This document shows positions 47,607 to 58,566 of a stretch of DNA of 64,000 bases, one piece after another (the first letter of the stretch is position 1; every line of letters starts with the position of its first letter). This stretch comes from Candidatus Acidiferrales bacterium (GTDB taxonomy: Bacteria > Acidobacteriota > Terriglobia > Acidiferrales > UBA7541). Position numbers and translations under genes: made by a program. The stretch is taken from assembly GCA_035551975.1 (NCBI GenBank), contig DASZMG010000161.1, positions 22,606 to 86,605 on the forward strand, read 5' to 3'. The notes under the pieces are model-generated. The model made no database searches. It saw only the letters and a program-made list of their open reading frames with translations, and was not told the origin of the DNA.

Positions 47607-48197
47607 ATGCGTTTCAGATTGGCTGTTTTTGTGTGCATTTTGATGGGCATGTGCGTGCCCGTGCGCGCGCAAGACCGTAAATCGCAAAACAGCCTGACCG
47701 TTTCGTTTCCGAATAAAACTTGGTGGGTGGAAGTGGACTCGCCGGGATTCGCGGTGAAAGGTAAAGGGCGAAAACCCGACGGCCGCTACTATTTGTTCGC
47801 TCACGACGCACGCACTGGCGTGATTCTGTCGGTGATGCTCGAGCAGGCCCCGGAGGGCGCCGATAGCAGCACGTGCGCCGCGTATTTGCAGGGGCGGATG
47901 GATTCAGTGGCGAAGCTGGGTGTGGTGCCGATAGATGCCAAAAATTCGGAATTCAACTCCATGGCGGTTTTGGAGTACATGATTCCCACGGTAGATGGAA
48001 AAGCCGTGCAGCAGAAAAACTTGATGGCCTGCACGATGAAAGAGGATGTCTATGTGGACGTGCATCTTTCAAAGGCTCAGTTTCAGGCCTCGGACGAAGA
48101 GATGCTGCTCGACATTCTGAATCACGTGGAGGTCACTAGCGCCAGCTCCCCGGTGCGTACCTCCGCCGCAGTTTCTTCCGAAGTTCCCGCGCATTGA
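47607..48197 (+). CDS. secreted hypothetical protein
   Basis: Start at MRFRLAVFVCILMGMCVPVRA (signal peptide). No recognisable domain. Confidence 0.6.
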   Translation: MRFRLAVFVCILMGMCVPVRAQDRKSQNSLTVSFPNKTWWVEVDSPGFAVKGKGRKPDGRYYLFAHDARTGVILSVMLEQAPEGADSSTCAAYLQGRMDSVAKLGVVPIDAKNSEFNSMAVLEYMIPTVDGKAVQQKNLMACTMKEDVYVDVHLSKAQFQASDEEMLLDILNHVEVTSASSPVRTSAAVSSEVPAH

Positions 48198-48206
48198 TCC
48201 CGCGCA

Positions 48207-48237
48207 TTGCGCAAACCATTCGGCGACGCGGTATAAT
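48207..48237 (+). promoter_or_regulatory. candidate promoter with perfect -10 TATAAT ending 6 nt before the hslV ATG (possible leaderless transcript)
   Basis: TTGCGC (48207-48212), a 19-nt spacer, then TATAAT (48232-48237). The ATG is at 48244 and there is no SD in between. Confidence 0.35.
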
Positions 48238-48243
48238 CGCTGA

Positions 48244-48795
48244 ATGCCCAATCGTCAAAATAAACAACGGATACGCAGCACCACCGTGCTGTGCGTCCGC
48301 AAGGACAACAAAGTAGTGCTCGCCTCCGATGGTCAGGTGACCATGGGCGAAGGCGTGATCAAGCACACCGCGAAAAAAACGCGGCGCCTTTATAACGACA
48401 AGATTATCGCGGGATTCGCTGGCAGCACCGCGGACGCCCTTTCGCTTTTTGGCCGCTTCGAGAATAAATTGCAGGAGTATCACGGCAATCTTCCGCGCGC
48501 GGCGGTGGAGCTCGCCAAGGAGTGGCGCACGGACCGCTCTCTGCGGCACCTGGAAGCGCTGTTGGTGGTGGCCGATGCGAAAAATACCTTTCTGCTTTCC
48601 GGCAATGGCGACGTGATCGAACCGGACGATGGGATTACGGCTATCGGGTCCGGTGGACCTTACGCGCTGGCCGCAGCGCGCGCGCTGTCCAAAAATACCA
48701 AGATGGGCGCGAAGGAGATATCACAGGAAGCCATGCGCATCGCCAGCGAAATTTGCATCTTCACAAATTCCAATTTCAGCATCGAAGAGCTATGA
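48244..48795 (+). CDS. hslV: ATP-dependent protease subunit HslV
   Basis: [24 protein letters not shown] (N-terminal Thr nucleophile context) and [14 protein letters not shown]. Confidence 0.95.
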   Translation: MPNRQNKQRIRSTTVLCVRKDNKVVLASDGQVTMGEGVIKHTAKKTRRLYNDKIIAGFAGSTADALSLFGRFENKLQEYHGNLPRAAVELAKEWRTDRSLRHLEALLVVADAKNTFLLSGNGDVIEPDDGITAIGSGGPYALAAARALSKNTKMGAKEISQEAMRIASEICIFTNSNFSIEEL

Positions 48796-50225
48796 GCGAA
48801 AAAGAGAAGGACAAAGACATGGTGATTTATCTTTCGGGTGAACAGCCTGCTCCGGAGCCCGAGCCGATTCCTTCGTTCGACGAGCTCACGCCGCGAGAAA
48901 TCGTCATCGAGCTGGACAAATATATCGTCGGGCAAAACGCGGCCAAAAAAGCTGTGGCCATCGCGCTACGCAATCGCGTGCGGCGGCAGAAGCTGCAGCC
49001 GGAGCTGGCCGAAGACATTTTGCCCAAGAATATCCTGATGATCGGGCCCACCGGCGTGGGCAAAACGGAGATTGCCCGGCGGCTGGCCCGGCTCGCGGGA
49101 TGCCCGTTCGTGAAGGTGGAAGCGTCAAAATACACCGAAGTGGGTTACGTGGGCCGCGATGTGGAGTCGATGGTGCGCGATTTAGTCGAGACAGCCATTG
49201 ATATGGTGCGCGAGGAAAAACTGGATGAAGTCGCCGAGCGCGCCGAGCAGTCCGCCGAAGAGCGGTTGCTGGACCTGCTGCTCCCCGCTGCACCTGTTTC
49301 GGCGGACAATGCCCCGGGGGCTGAAGCGCAGCGGCGCGAGCAGACCCAACGCACTCGCGACAAGCTTCGGGCGCAATTGCGCGAAGGAAAGCTCGACCAG
49401 CGCCTGGTAGAAGTAGAAGTGCGCGAGCGCTCCATGCCCTCCTTCGAGATTGTCACGAATCAGGGCGTGGAAGAAATGGACATCAACGTGAAGGACATGC
49501 TTTCCGGCATGTTCGGCCAGCAGAAAAAGAAGCGCAAGATGACCGTTTCCGAGGCTTTCGACTACTTGATCCAAGAGGAAGAAAATCGGCTCATCGATAT
49601 GGATCAGGTGACCCGCATCGCGGTGGACCGCGTGGAGCAGATGGGCATTCTGTTCATCGATGAGGTGGACAAGATCGCGGGACGCGAAAGCGGCCACGGG
49701 CCGGACGTCTCGCGCGAAGGCGTGCAGCGAGACATTCTGCCCATCGTGGAAGGAACTACGGTCAATACGCGCTATGGCATGGTGCGCACCGATCACATTT
49801 TGTTCATTGCTGCCGGTGCCTTTCACACCACAAAACCCTCGGATCTGATTCCTGAGCTGCAAGGGCGCTTCCCGATTCGCGTGGAGCTTAGCTCGCTCTC
49901 CGAGGCGGATTTCATCCGCATTCTCACCGAGCCGAAGAACGCTCTAATCAAGCAGTACGTGGCGCTTCTCGACACCGAGTCGCTGAAGCTTTCCTTCAGC
50001 GACGACGCCATCGCAACCATCGCGCGCTTCGCGGCCATGGTGAACGAGCAGACGGAGAACATCGGTGCGCGGCGGCTGCACACCATCCTCGAAAAGGTGC
50101 TCGAAGAAATTTCCTTCGAGGCGCCGGAGCTGAAGAAGAAAACTGTGAAAGTGGACGCAGCCTATGTGCAGAAGCAACTCGCCAACATCGTCAAGGATCA
50201 CGATCTGAGCCGTTACATCCTCTAA
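48792..50225 (+). CDS. hslU: ATP-dependent protease ATPase subunit HslU
   Basis: Start at MSEKEKDK (ATGA overlap with the hslV stop). [31 protein letters not shown], Walker [16 protein letters not shown] and Walker [11 protein letters not shown]. Confidence 0.95.
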   Translation: MSEKEKDKDMVIYLSGEQPAPEPEPIPSFDELTPREIVIELDKYIVGQNAAKKAVAIALRNRVRRQKLQPELAEDILPKNILMIGPTGVGKTEIARRLARLAGCPFVKVEASKYTEVGYVGRDVESMVRDLVETAIDMVREEKLDEVAERAEQSAEERLLDLLLPAAPVSADNAPGAEAQRREQTQRTRDKLRAQLREGKLDQRLVEVEVRERSMPSFEIVTNQGVEEMDINVKDMLSGMFGQQKKKRKMTVSEAFDYLIQEEENRLIDMDQVTRIAVDRVEQMGILFIDEVDKIAGRESGHGPDVSREGVQRDILPIVEGTTVNTRYGMVRTDHILFIAAGAFHTTKPSDLIPELQGRFPIRVELSSLSEADFIRILTEPKNALIKQYVALLDTESLKLSFSDDAIATIARFAAMVNEQTENIGARRLHTILEKVLEEISFEAPELKKKTVKVDAAYVQKQLANIVKDHDLSRYIL

Positions 50226-50232
50226 AAGCCCG

Positions 50233-51432
50233 ATGCTCACACGCCGGGGGAAACCAGCGCAGCGGGCATCGCGAATCCCCCTTTCCTTTTTGGTTTCCGC
50301 ATTCTTCGCATGTGCCGGCGCTGCGGCTATGCTGGGCGGATGCGCATCTCCCGGCGAGCCTATTGAGCGTAAGCCGCCGGTTGCTCAAGCCATCGGCGAC
50401 CTTGCCGCGCAGCAGGTGGGCAACAGTGCGGAGTTGACATTCACGATGCCGCAACAGACCACCGGCGGCCGCCCGCTGACGCAGCCAATTGCCGTGGAAA
50501 TTTTCCGAAATTTTGTTGCGCCCGCGGCCGCGCGCACTGCCGGACCTCCTGCCACGCTGTTGGTTACCATTCCCCCGGCAATGGTGTCGAATTATGTGAC
50601 GCAAGGGCGCTTCCGCTACACCGACGAATTGCGCGCGGAAGATTTCGAGCAGCATCCCGCTAGCCTTCTGGTTTATGCGGTGCGCACGCGGGCTTCGGCG
50701 AAAAAAGAGTCCGCTGCGTCCAATGTAGCCACCGTGCGTGTGTATCCGCTCCCCGGTCCGATCGATGATCTGAAGGCCGAAGTAACGCACACGGGTATTC
50801 AGCTTACCTGGACACCGCCCACGAAAACGCCGGTGGGAACGGCGCCGCCGATCGCCACGTATCGGATCTATCGCGCGTTACTGCCGCAAGCTGCCACGGC
50901 GCAACCAGCCGGCAATCCACCAGCCGGAGCGAACGCGCAAAATGCGCCGCTCACGAAAATTGGCGAGACGCAGACGCCGGCCTTTCTCGACACGCAGATG
51001 CAATTCGGAAACACCTATGTCTACTCGGTGCGCAGCGTGGTGCAAACGGAAGGTCAGCAGCTTGAATCAGGCGACTCGAACCGCGTCACCATTCTGGCAC
51101 GCGACACGTTTCCACCCGCGGCGCCTGAAGGTTTGATCGTTGCCTTTGTGCCGGCGCAGAGCGCCGAGCTTGCGCACCTGGAGCTTTCCTGGAACATCAG
51201 CTCTGAAACCGACCTGGCCGGCTACAACGTCTATCGAAGTGAACAGAGTGGCGTTCAGGGAACACGCATCAACAGCGAACTCTTGCCAACTCCCGCGTTC
51301 CGCGATATGAATGCCGTCCCCGGGCGCACCTACTACTACAGCGTAACCGCCGTTGACCGCTCCGGGAATGAAAGCACGCCAAGCGCGGCCGTTTCCGGTG
51401 AGGTGCTGGCGGAAAACCAACCGGCTCGGTGA
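50233..51432 (+). CDS. lipoprotein with fibronectin type III-like repeats, function unknown
   Basis: Lipobox MLGGCAS and two FN3-like modules (IQLTWTPP...YRIYR; LELSWNISS...YNVYRSE...YYYSVTAVDRSGNES). Confidence 0.7.
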   Translation: MLTRRGKPAQRASRIPLSFLVSAFFACAGAAAMLGGCASPGEPIERKPPVAQAIGDLAAQQVGNSAELTFTMPQQTTGGRPLTQPIAVEIFRNFVAPAAARTAGPPATLLVTIPPAMVSNYVTQGRFRYTDELRAEDFEQHPASLLVYAVRTRASAKKESAASNVATVRVYPLPGPIDDLKAEVTHTGIQLTWTPPTKTPVGTAPPIATYRIYRALLPQAATAQPAGNPPAGANAQNAPLTKIGETQTPAFLDTQMQFGNTYVYSVRSVVQTEGQQLESGDSNRVTILARDTFPPAAPEGLIVAFVPAQSAELAHLELSWNISSETDLAGYNVYRSEQSGVQGTRINSELLPTPAFRDMNAVPGRTYYYSVTAVDRSGNESTPSAAVSGEVLAENQPAR

Positions 51433-51471
51433 ACGCGAAGACCGCGATAGCAGACGAAAGCGTGAGTCAAA

Positions 51472-52005
51472 ATGCCCAACAACATCAACGGTCCCTCCAT
51501 TTTCGAATCCGCCGCTCGAGCGGAAGCCGCAGCTGAACAAGCAACCCGGGCTCTCACCGGGGAAAAATCCGCCAGCCCTGCTCTTTGGACAGGCGTTTGC
51601 ATCGGCGCGCTTCTGAATATCGAGATGATCGGCGCTCTCGTCGCGGCCAACCGCTTTCCGAAGCTCGATCCATACGCGCTCGAGCGCAATGCCATCTCCT
51701 ACAGCGTATTTGTGTTGCTGCTGTTGATCCCGGTGCTGCGCTTCCTGAGACGCCCTAAGCAGATGTTCGTGGCGGGAATTATCGGCTGGGTACTATTTGC
51801 CGCGGGCTACGACGTCGCCGGACTCTTTTTTCACAATTTGTATGATGTTCTTCGCACGCCTCTCGAAGTGCTGATCGAAGGCGCGGTGCTATACGGAGTA
51901 GCGGCTGTGCTATCGTGGGTTGTGGGAATGATCGTTCACGCCAGGAGGCATTCGATTGCGCCGCGGCGACGTACTGAGCATCACGCGGCGCACTTTCGCT
52001 CATGA
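51472..52005 (+). CDS. integral membrane hypothetical protein
   Basis: Four predicted TM helices. 4-nt overlap with the downstream FAH-family gene. Confidence 0.55.
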   Translation: MPNNINGPSIFESAARAEAAAEQATRALTGEKSASPALWTGVCIGALLNIEMIGALVAANRFPKLDPYALERNAISYSVFVLLLLIPVLRFLRRPKQMFVAGIIGWVLFAAGYDVAGLFFHNLYDVLRTPLEVLIEGAVLYGVAAVLSWVVGMIVHARRHSIAPRRRTEHHAAHFRS

Positions 52006-52808
52006 AACTCTGCCGATTTCAACCGCTCGAATTCGCGATCAAAGATCTGGGACGTTCTGGCAACGAAGTCCAGGCACAAACCCTCAGCGGCATTCTTGAA
52101 GGCGGCTCCGTTTATGAAATCCGGGGCGGATTTATGGGAGCGCGCGAGCGCACTGGGCGCAAGTGGCCCGCGGACCAGGTGAAATATTTGCCGCCGTCCG
52201 CGCCCACGAAGATTGTGGCAGTGGGCCGCAACTACCAGGAGCACGTAAAGGAATTCAACAATCCCTTGCCGAAGGAGCCGGCGATTTTCCTGAAGCCGCC
52301 CTCGTCGGTATTGGCGCCTGACGATCCCATCGTGCTGCCGGTGCTTTCGCAGCGCGTGGAATACGAAGGCGAGTTGGCTGTGGTGATGGCCAAGCGCTGC
52401 TTTCACGTGTCGCAGGACGATGACGTAAAGCCGCTCATCCTCGGCTACACCGCGCTGAACGACGTGACCGCTCGCGATCTGCAGCGCGCCGATCTGCAAT
52501 GGACGCGCGGCAAGGGTTTCGACACGTTCTGTCCCTTTGGTCCCGTGCTCGAAACTGAGCATCCGACTTCAGCGACGAAGGTTGAAACACTACTCAACGG
52601 CGAAGTAAAACAGTCGGCCACGGTTGGCGACATGATTTTTCCGATTGAGGTGATCATCCGCTGGATCACCGCGGTGATGACCCTCGAACCGGGCGACGTA
52701 ATCGCCACCGGAACGCCGGGAGGCGTAGGACCGATTGCCGCAGGAGACATCGTGGAAGTGAGTGTCAGCGGCATTGCCACGCTGCGCAATCCGGTGGCCG
52801 CGGCATAG
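52002..52808 (+). CDS. fumarylacetoacetate hydrolase (FAH) family protein
   Basis: KIVAVGRNYQEHVKE, VEYEGELAVVM, WTRGKGFDTFCPFGP and GDVIATGTPGGVGP are FAH-fold signatures. Confidence 0.9.
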   Translation: MKLCRFQPLEFAIKDLGRSGNEVQAQTLSGILEGGSVYEIRGGFMGARERTGRKWPADQVKYLPPSAPTKIVAVGRNYQEHVKEFNNPLPKEPAIFLKPPSSVLAPDDPIVLPVLSQRVEYEGELAVVMAKRCFHVSQDDDVKPLILGYTALNDVTARDLQRADLQWTRGKGFDTFCPFGPVLETEHPTSATKVETLLNGEVKQSATVGDMIFPIEVIIRWITAVMTLEPGDVIATGTPGGVGPIAAGDIVEVSVSGIATLRNPVAAA

Positions 52809-52925
52809 ACCGTTCACGAATCAAGTCCTAAGCAATCTGGCTGAGCGGAAATTACAGAAGAGACGTCATCCCCACCCAAGGAACCACCCGATGCCGCAGT
52901 ATTCGAAGACCCATATAGTGGGTGC

Positions 52926-53108
52926 ATGTTCACCCCGAGGGCCATCGTGATTTGCTCGGCGATTTTCATAGTGGAAATGGTGGTGTACGTTACGAAAGTT
53001 CAGCGCCCCGGGTTTCCAGGCACGGTTGCGGTTATTTTCCTGCTGATTTTGGTGGCAGTCTTCCTGGGAATCTTTGCCGACAAATTACTTCCCCGCTGCC
53101 GGGCCTGA
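52926..53108 (+). CDS. possible small two-TM membrane protein (60 aa)
   Basis: Two hydrophobic stretches (IVICSAIFIVEMVVYV; VAVIFLLILVAVFLGIF) in an otherwise empty 438-bp gap. No clear SD. Confidence 0.3.
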   Translation: MFTPRAIVICSAIFIVEMVVYVTKVQRPGFPGTVAVIFLLILVAVFLGIFADKLLPRCRA

Positions 53109-53246
53109 GAAACGCATCCGCAAATTCCGCCTCGAATCGTGAGTGTAGTGGCCGAATCCGTTTCCTTTGAATGCGAGTGTGCGTCGATGCGGTATTGACG
53201 CGCGGGCGGTTTCCGTCGAGGATACTAACTCTCTTCTGAGGACCGC

Positions 53247-54095
53247 ATGCAACGAATTCTTTCCACCTACCGGTACATCAAGCAGCCACTCGCGCCAACC
53301 GTGCTGGCAGAAATTTCGCAGGCGGGCATCAAAAGTATCGAAGTTTTTTGCGCGCCGGTGCATTTTGTGTACCGTTCGCCGCTGGGGTTGCGGGCGTTTG
53401 CCGGCGCTTTGCAGGAGTACGGGCTGACGCTTCATTCGCTGCATTCTCCCACCGAGCGCGAACTTTCTCCCGGACGGGAAAGTGGAGTGCCCATTTCCAT
53501 CTGTGACCCGGAGCGAATCCGTCGCGTCGATGCAGTGGATGAAGTGAAGCGCGCTCTGGAAGTGGCCGAGCGAATCCCGTTTCGCTACCTGGTGCAGCAT
53601 CTGGGGCATAGCCACGACAAGCAGAGTCCGAAGGCCATCGACGCCGCATTCAATTCCCTGGAACATCTTTCGATTTTCGCCAAGGAGCGCGGCGTGACCA
53701 TCGCGCTCGAAAACACGCGCAGCGAGTTCGGCTCGCCGGAAGCGTTGTGCCAACTGATCCGCGAGACGCACCTGCGCGATTTGAAATTCTGTTTCGATAC
53801 GGGACACGCTCACATGGAAGAAGGAATCCCGAAAAGCCTGGAACTGATGGGCGAACGTGTGGCGACGACGCACGGTCACGACAATCACGGCGAAAAGGAC
53901 GAGCACCTGCTGCCGTTTGACGGGACCATCGACTGGGAAGAAACGCTCGCCGCGCTGGCACGTCTGCCGCAGGCTCCGGATATCGTGCTCGAGCTGAAGG
54001 AACAGGCGGGCGCGAAACCGACGCTCGATCAGATCCAGGAAACTTTCGACAAAATCGAAAAACATTTTGGCGATGCGCGGGCGCACACCGCATAG
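53247..54095 (+). CDS. sugar phosphate isomerase/epimerase (xylose isomerase-like TIM barrel)
   Basis: 282 aa. YLVQHLGH, TIALENT, CFDTGHAH and LLPFDGTIDW match the metal ligand pattern of this fold. Confidence 0.8.
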   Translation: MQRILSTYRYIKQPLAPTVLAEISQAGIKSIEVFCAPVHFVYRSPLGLRAFAGALQEYGLTLHSLHSPTERELSPGRESGVPISICDPERIRRVDAVDEVKRALEVAERIPFRYLVQHLGHSHDKQSPKAIDAAFNSLEHLSIFAKERGVTIALENTRSEFGSPEALCQLIRETHLRDLKFCFDTGHAHMEEGIPKSLELMGERVATTHGHDNHGEKDEHLLPFDGTIDWEETLAALARLPQAPDIVLELKEQAGAKPTLDQIQETFDKIEKHFGDARAHTA

Positions 54096-54110
54096 GTCAT
54101 GCGATAGATC

Positions 54111-55427
54111 ATGAGCGCAGAGACTCCCACGGTTATTTCGATCGAACAAGCCGGCCAGAATGCCGGCCATGAAGTGACCATTCGCGGATGGCTCTACAAC
54201 ATGCGCGAATCAGGCAAGCTGCTGTTTCCCATTTTTCGCGACGGAACGGGCGTGATGCAAGGGGTCGTATCCTTAAAGGAGCATCCCGAAGCGTTCGCCG
54301 CGCTGAAGGGGTTAACGCAGGAATCGAGCGTGGAGGCCACCGGAAAAATTCAGGCCGAGCTGCGCGCGCCGGGCGGATACGAGATGCACGTCAGCGGGAT
54401 TGAAGTCGTGCAGCGTGTGCCGGAATCCGAGCCTTATCCGATTCAGCTGAAAGAGCACGGGGTCGATTTTTTGCTCGACCAGCGGCATTTGTGGATTCGC
54501 ACGCCGCGGCAAGCGGCCATCTTGCGCATTCGCGCCGAAGCCCAACGCGCCGCCCGAAATTTCATGGACAGCCAGGGCTACACGCTCACCGACGCGCCGA
54601 TTTTCACTCCCGCGGCCTGCGAAGGAACCACGACACTTTTCGAAGTGAACTACATCGACGACCAGAAGGCCTATCTCACCCAGTCGGGCCAGCTTTACGT
54701 CGAAGCGACGGCCGCTGCGCTCGGCAAGGTGTACACCTTCGGTCCGACGTTTCGCGCGGAGAAATCGAAAACGCGCCGGCACCTGACTGAATTCTGGATG
54801 CTCGAGCCCGAAGCGGCCTACGCCCGGCTCGAGGACATGATCCAGTTGGCCGAAGGCCTGGTGAGCGCGATCGTGCAGGGATCGGCGAAAAACCGCGCGC
54901 GCGAACTCGCCGTGCTGCAGCGCGACGTGGCCAAACTTAAAAAAATCACCCCTCCGTTTCCACGCATCAGTTACAACGAAGCGGTGGAAGTGTTGCAAAA
55001 GGCTGGCAATCGCACGAAATGGGGCGACGATTTCGGCGGCGATGAAGAGACCATTCTCTCGAAGAATTTTGACAAGCCGGTGGTGATTCACCGCTACCCC
55101 AGCGGGATGAAGCCCTTTTACATGGCGCGCGACGGGGAGCATCCCGAGCTCGCGTCGAACTTCGACATGATCGCGCCCGAAGGCTACGGCGAGATTATCG
55201 GCGGCAGCGAGCGCGAATCGAGCTACGACGCGCTATTGGCGCGCATCCGCGAAGAGAAACTGCCGGAGCGCGAATTCCAGTGGTATCTCGACCTGCGCCG
55301 TTACGGAAGCGTGCCGCACGCCGGATTCGGGCTCGGCCTGGAGCGCACCGTGGCCTGGATTTGCGGAACCGAGCACATCCGCGAAGTGATTCCCTTCCCA
55401 CGCATGCTGTACCGCGTCTATCCTTAG
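54111..55427 (+). CDS. asnS: asparagine--tRNA ligase
   Basis: Class IIb aaRS, 438 aa. OB-fold N-terminus ([26 protein letters not shown]). Motif 2 [25 protein letters not shown]. Motif 3 [13 protein letters not shown]. Confidence 0.9.
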   Translation: MSAETPTVISIEQAGQNAGHEVTIRGWLYNMRESGKLLFPIFRDGTGVMQGVVSLKEHPEAFAALKGLTQESSVEATGKIQAELRAPGGYEMHVSGIEVVQRVPESEPYPIQLKEHGVDFLLDQRHLWIRTPRQAAILRIRAEAQRAARNFMDSQGYTLTDAPIFTPAACEGTTTLFEVNYIDDQKAYLTQSGQLYVEATAAALGKVYTFGPTFRAEKSKTRRHLTEFWMLEPEAAYARLEDMIQLAEGLVSAIVQGSAKNRARELAVLQRDVAKLKKITPPFPRISYNEAVEVLQKAGNRTKWGDDFGGDEETILSKNFDKPVVIHRYPSGMKPFYMARDGEHPELASNFDMIAPEGYGEIIGGSERESSYDALLARIREEKLPEREFQWYLDLRRYGSVPHAGFGLGLERTVAWICGTEHIREVIPFPRMLYRVYP

Positions 55428-55591
55428 GTTCTGTGCGGCGAGTCTCGAATCGCACCTTAACGATCAAATGACGATTTTCGGCGGCTTAATGGTGCGGCAG
55501 TGGCCGCACTCCGGCAATCACTGGGTTTCGCCGCACAGGGCGCTACGGTGCTTCTTCCCAAACCGCTTGCGACGGACCGCGACGATAAGCC

Positions 55592-56503
55592 ATGCCTGAA
55601 AAAATACGTATCATCGGCGTGCCGATGGATCTGGGCGCCAGCCGCCGTGGCGTAGATATGGGCCCTTCCGCATTGCGCGTCGCCGGATTGCAGGCGCGCC
55701 TGAAGCAGCTTGGCCGGCAGGTGGAAGACGCGGGGAATGTGATCGTGCCCCAGCCGGAAGAACAGCCCTACGGCGAAAAGAACGCCAAGTACCTCGACGA
55801 AATCTCCGAAACCTGCAAGCGCCTGGCGGAAATGGTGGGCGACGCCCTCGAAAAAGGATCGCTGCCGCTGGTGCTGGGCGGCGACCATTCCATTGCGGTG
55901 GGCACCGCGGCAGGCGCGGCGGGCCATTTTCACAAGCAGAGCAAACGTATCGGATTGATCTGGCTGGACGCGCACGGCGACATGAACACGCCGGAGACGT
56001 CCCCTTCCGGCAATGTGCACGGGATGCCGCTCGCCTCGATTATCGGCTATGGCCCGGCAGAGCTGGCCGGGATAGCCGGGTTGAAACCCATGGTCGAGCC
56101 GCGCAACGCGGTGCTCGTAGGAATCCGGGAGCTGGATACGAAAGAGCGCAGGCTGATCAAGGAATCCGGCGTGCGCGTATTCACCATGCGCGACATCGAC
56201 GAGCGCGGTATGCGCGAAGTGATGGCGGAAGCGCTGCGGCTGGCCAGCGACGATACTGACGGAATTGCCGTAAGCCTCGACATGGATTTTGTCGATCCAT
56301 CTGACGCACCCGGAGTGGGCACGCCGGTGCGCGGCGGCGCCACCTATCGCGAGGCGCACCTGGCGCTGGAGATGATCGCCGACAGCAAGTCGATGGTCTC
56401 CTTCGAGCTGGTCGAGATCAATCCGGTGATCGACTTGCACAACACCACCGCGACGCTCGGCGTCGAGTTGGTGCTTTCGGGGCTGGGCAAAAAGATTTTG
56501 TGA
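55592..56503 (+). CDS. rocF: arginase
   Basis: Ureohydrolase Mn-site motifs GGDHSIAVG, DAHGDMNTP and SLDMDFVDP. Confidence 0.9.
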   Translation: MPEKIRIIGVPMDLGASRRGVDMGPSALRVAGLQARLKQLGRQVEDAGNVIVPQPEEQPYGEKNAKYLDEISETCKRLAEMVGDALEKGSLPLVLGGDHSIAVGTAAGAAGHFHKQSKRIGLIWLDAHGDMNTPETSPSGNVHGMPLASIIGYGPAELAGIAGLKPMVEPRNAVLVGIRELDTKERRLIKESGVRVFTMRDIDERGMREVMAEALRLASDDTDGIAVSLDMDFVDPSDAPGVGTPVRGGATYREAHLALEMIADSKSMVSFELVEINPVIDLHNTTATLGVELVLSGLGKKIL

Positions 56504-56558
56504 GAAGCGATATGTGCCGCGCTACGAGCGCGGTTTTGGCGAGAAGGGATGAAAGAGG

Positions 56559-57692
56559 ATGACTTCGGGTAAGCGGTTGCGAGTAGGAGTGCTGTTTGGA
56601 GGGCGATCCGGTGAGCATGAGGTGTCGCTGGCGTCGGCGGCGTCGGTAATTCGGGCGCTCGATCCAGAAAAGTACGAAGCGGTGCCGATCGGGATCTCGA
56701 AAGATGGCCGCTGGCTCGCCGGCACGAAAGCAAATCAGATGCTGCCGGAAGTCTTGAAGAAAGGCGAGCGCGTGTCGCTTCCGCCGGACCCCACCGCGGG
56801 GGCGCTGCTGCCGATTTCGCAAGGCGCGGGGCGCCCGAGCATTGCGGTGGAGGTAATGTTTCCCGTGCTGCATGGAACGTTCGGAGAAGATGGCACCGTG
56901 CAAGGCCTCCTCGAACTGGCCGGACTCCCCTACGTAGGCGCCGGTGTGCTGGGCTCCGCGGTTGGCATGGACAAGGATGTGCAGAAGCGATTGTTCGAGC
57001 AGGCAGGGCTGCCCACGGTCCCGTTTGTCGCTATCCGGCGTTCGGAATGGGAGCAGCATCGCGAAGCAGTTCTGGCGCGGATCAAGAAGAAGCTGAAATT
57101 TCCAGTGTTCGTGAAGCCAGCTACTCTCGGGTCTTCGGTGGGAATGTCGCGAGTGAAAAATGCAGGTGAACTGTCGCCGGCGATGGACCTGGCCGCTGAG
57201 TTTGCGTTAAAGATTGTGGTCGAGCGCGGCGTCAATGCGCGCGAAATCGAAGTCTCCGTGCTGGGAAATGATGACGTGAAGGTTTCTGTTCCCGGCGAAA
57301 TCGTTCCGCACCGCGAATATTACGATTACGCCGCGAAATATTTGGAGCAGGGAACCAAGCTTGAGATTCCGGCGAAACTCAGCAAGCAGCAGGTGGCGAA
57401 ATTTCAGGAACTGGCGGTGAAAGCGTTCCAGTGCATCGACGGAGCGGGGTTGGCGCGCTGCGATTTCTTCCTCGAGAAAAAGACCAACCGCATTTTCGTG
57501 AACGAGCTGAACACCATTCCCGGTTTCACCGCCATCAGCATGTATCCGAAGTTGTGGGAAGCGAGCGGATTATCCTACCCGAAGCTGATCGACCGGCTGA
57601 TCGAGCTGGCCTTTGAGCTGCATCGCGAAAAAGCTCGTACGAAATATTCTATCGAGCTGCCGGCAGGCGCCGCCGGAGCTCTCGATGCCTGA
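56559..57692 (+). CDS. ddl: D-alanine--D-alanine ligase
   Basis: RVGVLFGGRSGEHEVSLASA, HGTFGEDGTVQGLLELAGLPYVG and VNELNTIPGFT. Confidence 0.95.
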   Translation: MTSGKRLRVGVLFGGRSGEHEVSLASAASVIRALDPEKYEAVPIGISKDGRWLAGTKANQMLPEVLKKGERVSLPPDPTAGALLPISQGAGRPSIAVEVMFPVLHGTFGEDGTVQGLLELAGLPYVGAGVLGSAVGMDKDVQKRLFEQAGLPTVPFVAIRRSEWEQHREAVLARIKKKLKFPVFVKPATLGSSVGMSRVKNAGELSPAMDLAAEFALKIVVERGVNAREIEVSVLGNDDVKVSVPGEIVPHREYYDYAAKYLEQGTKLEIPAKLSKQQVAKFQELAVKAFQCIDGAGLARCDFFLEKKTNRIFVNELNTIPGFTAISMYPKLWEASGLSYPKLIDRLIELAFELHREKARTKYSIELPAGAAGALDA

Positions 57693-57721
57693 ACGCCGCC
57701 CGAGCGCGTGAACCCTACCAG

Positions 57722-58531
57722 CTATTTCTGGCTTTTCCCTGTGGTCGAAAGATCGATCACGCGCTTCTGAAACTCCTGCGATTCCGACATCGAGCAGATT
57801 CCTTCCCCCAAGGGCGAATCCGACGCCTTGAAGGTCTTCGTCCCGGTGAAAGTTTTCGTGTAGGCCTTGGGATCGTCTACGGTCATCTGCAACTCGAGGG
57901 TTTTATTGTCGATGCGGCGGAAGCGCTCGATCAGGTGCAGCGCCTCGCTGTGCGGATGGCCGAGATGGTCAAGCCAGGTCTTATCGTTGAAGCCGATCGT
58001 ATCGATCACCAGCGCGTCGCCATCGTATTTCCCCACCGACTCCCCCAGCCAAGTGGAATCGGGATCCTTGGAGTGCTCTTTATTCAGCGGGATCGCGCGC
58101 CACATTTTCGTGTATTCGTACAGGATGTAAACGGTGTCGGGCGTCTGGATGAACTTGAATTCCCAGGGATACAAATAGATGCGCGACACACCGGGAGGAT
58201 CGCAATAATTCTGCACCGGATCGTTGATGGCCTCGAACGTGGCGTCGGCGCCGAACGGAGGATGCGCTGTCTTAAATTTCGCCTCAGCCCACGGCGTCAT
58301 CGGGGCCTTTTCAGGATGTTGCCCACGCGGATCGTCAGGAAACCAGTTGTTCACCGTTTTTCCGCCGGGACCCCAGTTGCGCGAAAGATCGGGAACTTGT
58401 GCGCCGGCTGCGGATTTCATGCCAGCTCCTGACGCCACTGCTGCGCCCTGCGCAGCAGCGCTTTGCGAATACAACATCGGCGAGGCCATCGCAGAACCGA
58501 ACAGTGCTATCAAAAGCGCCATATTACGCAT
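57722..58531 (-). CDS. secreted hypothetical protein (~270 aa), paralog of 61973-62716
   Basis: Signal peptide MRNMALLIALFGSAMASP. Shares GKYDGDALVIDTIGFNDKTWLD...ALHLIERFRRIDNKTLE...DDPKAYTK with the paralog. Confidence 0.7.
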   Translation of the reverse strand: MRNMALLIALFGSAMASPMLYSQSAAAQGAAVASGAGMKSAAGAQVPDLSRNWGPGGKTVNNWFPDDPRGQHPEKAPMTPWAEAKFKTAHPPFGADATFEAINDPVQNYCDPPGVSRIYLYPWEFKFIQTPDTVYILYEYTKMWRAIPLNKEHSKDPDSTWLGESVGKYDGDALVIDTIGFNDKTWLDHLGHPHSEALHLIERFRRIDNKTLELQMTVDDPKAYTKTFTGTKTFKASDSPLGEGICSMSESQEFQKRVIDLSTTGKSQK

Positions 58532-58566
58532 GGAAATCCTCCAACACACTTCAGAAGATGCGAAAT

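Noticed and set aside
53305-53320. Sigma-54-like match TGGCAG-aaatt-TCGCA, and a second one at 53956-53971 (TGGCAC-gtctg-CCGCA).
   Set aside because: Both lie inside the sugar-phosphate isomerase coding sequence, have weaker -12 elements and have no nearby activator gene. They are most likely chance matches, and they give a feel for the background rate.
55492-55509. Hairpin GTGCGGC-agtg-GCCGCAC downstream of asnS as a possible terminator.
   Set aside because: No T-tract follows it, so it could be any stable hairpin. Not called.
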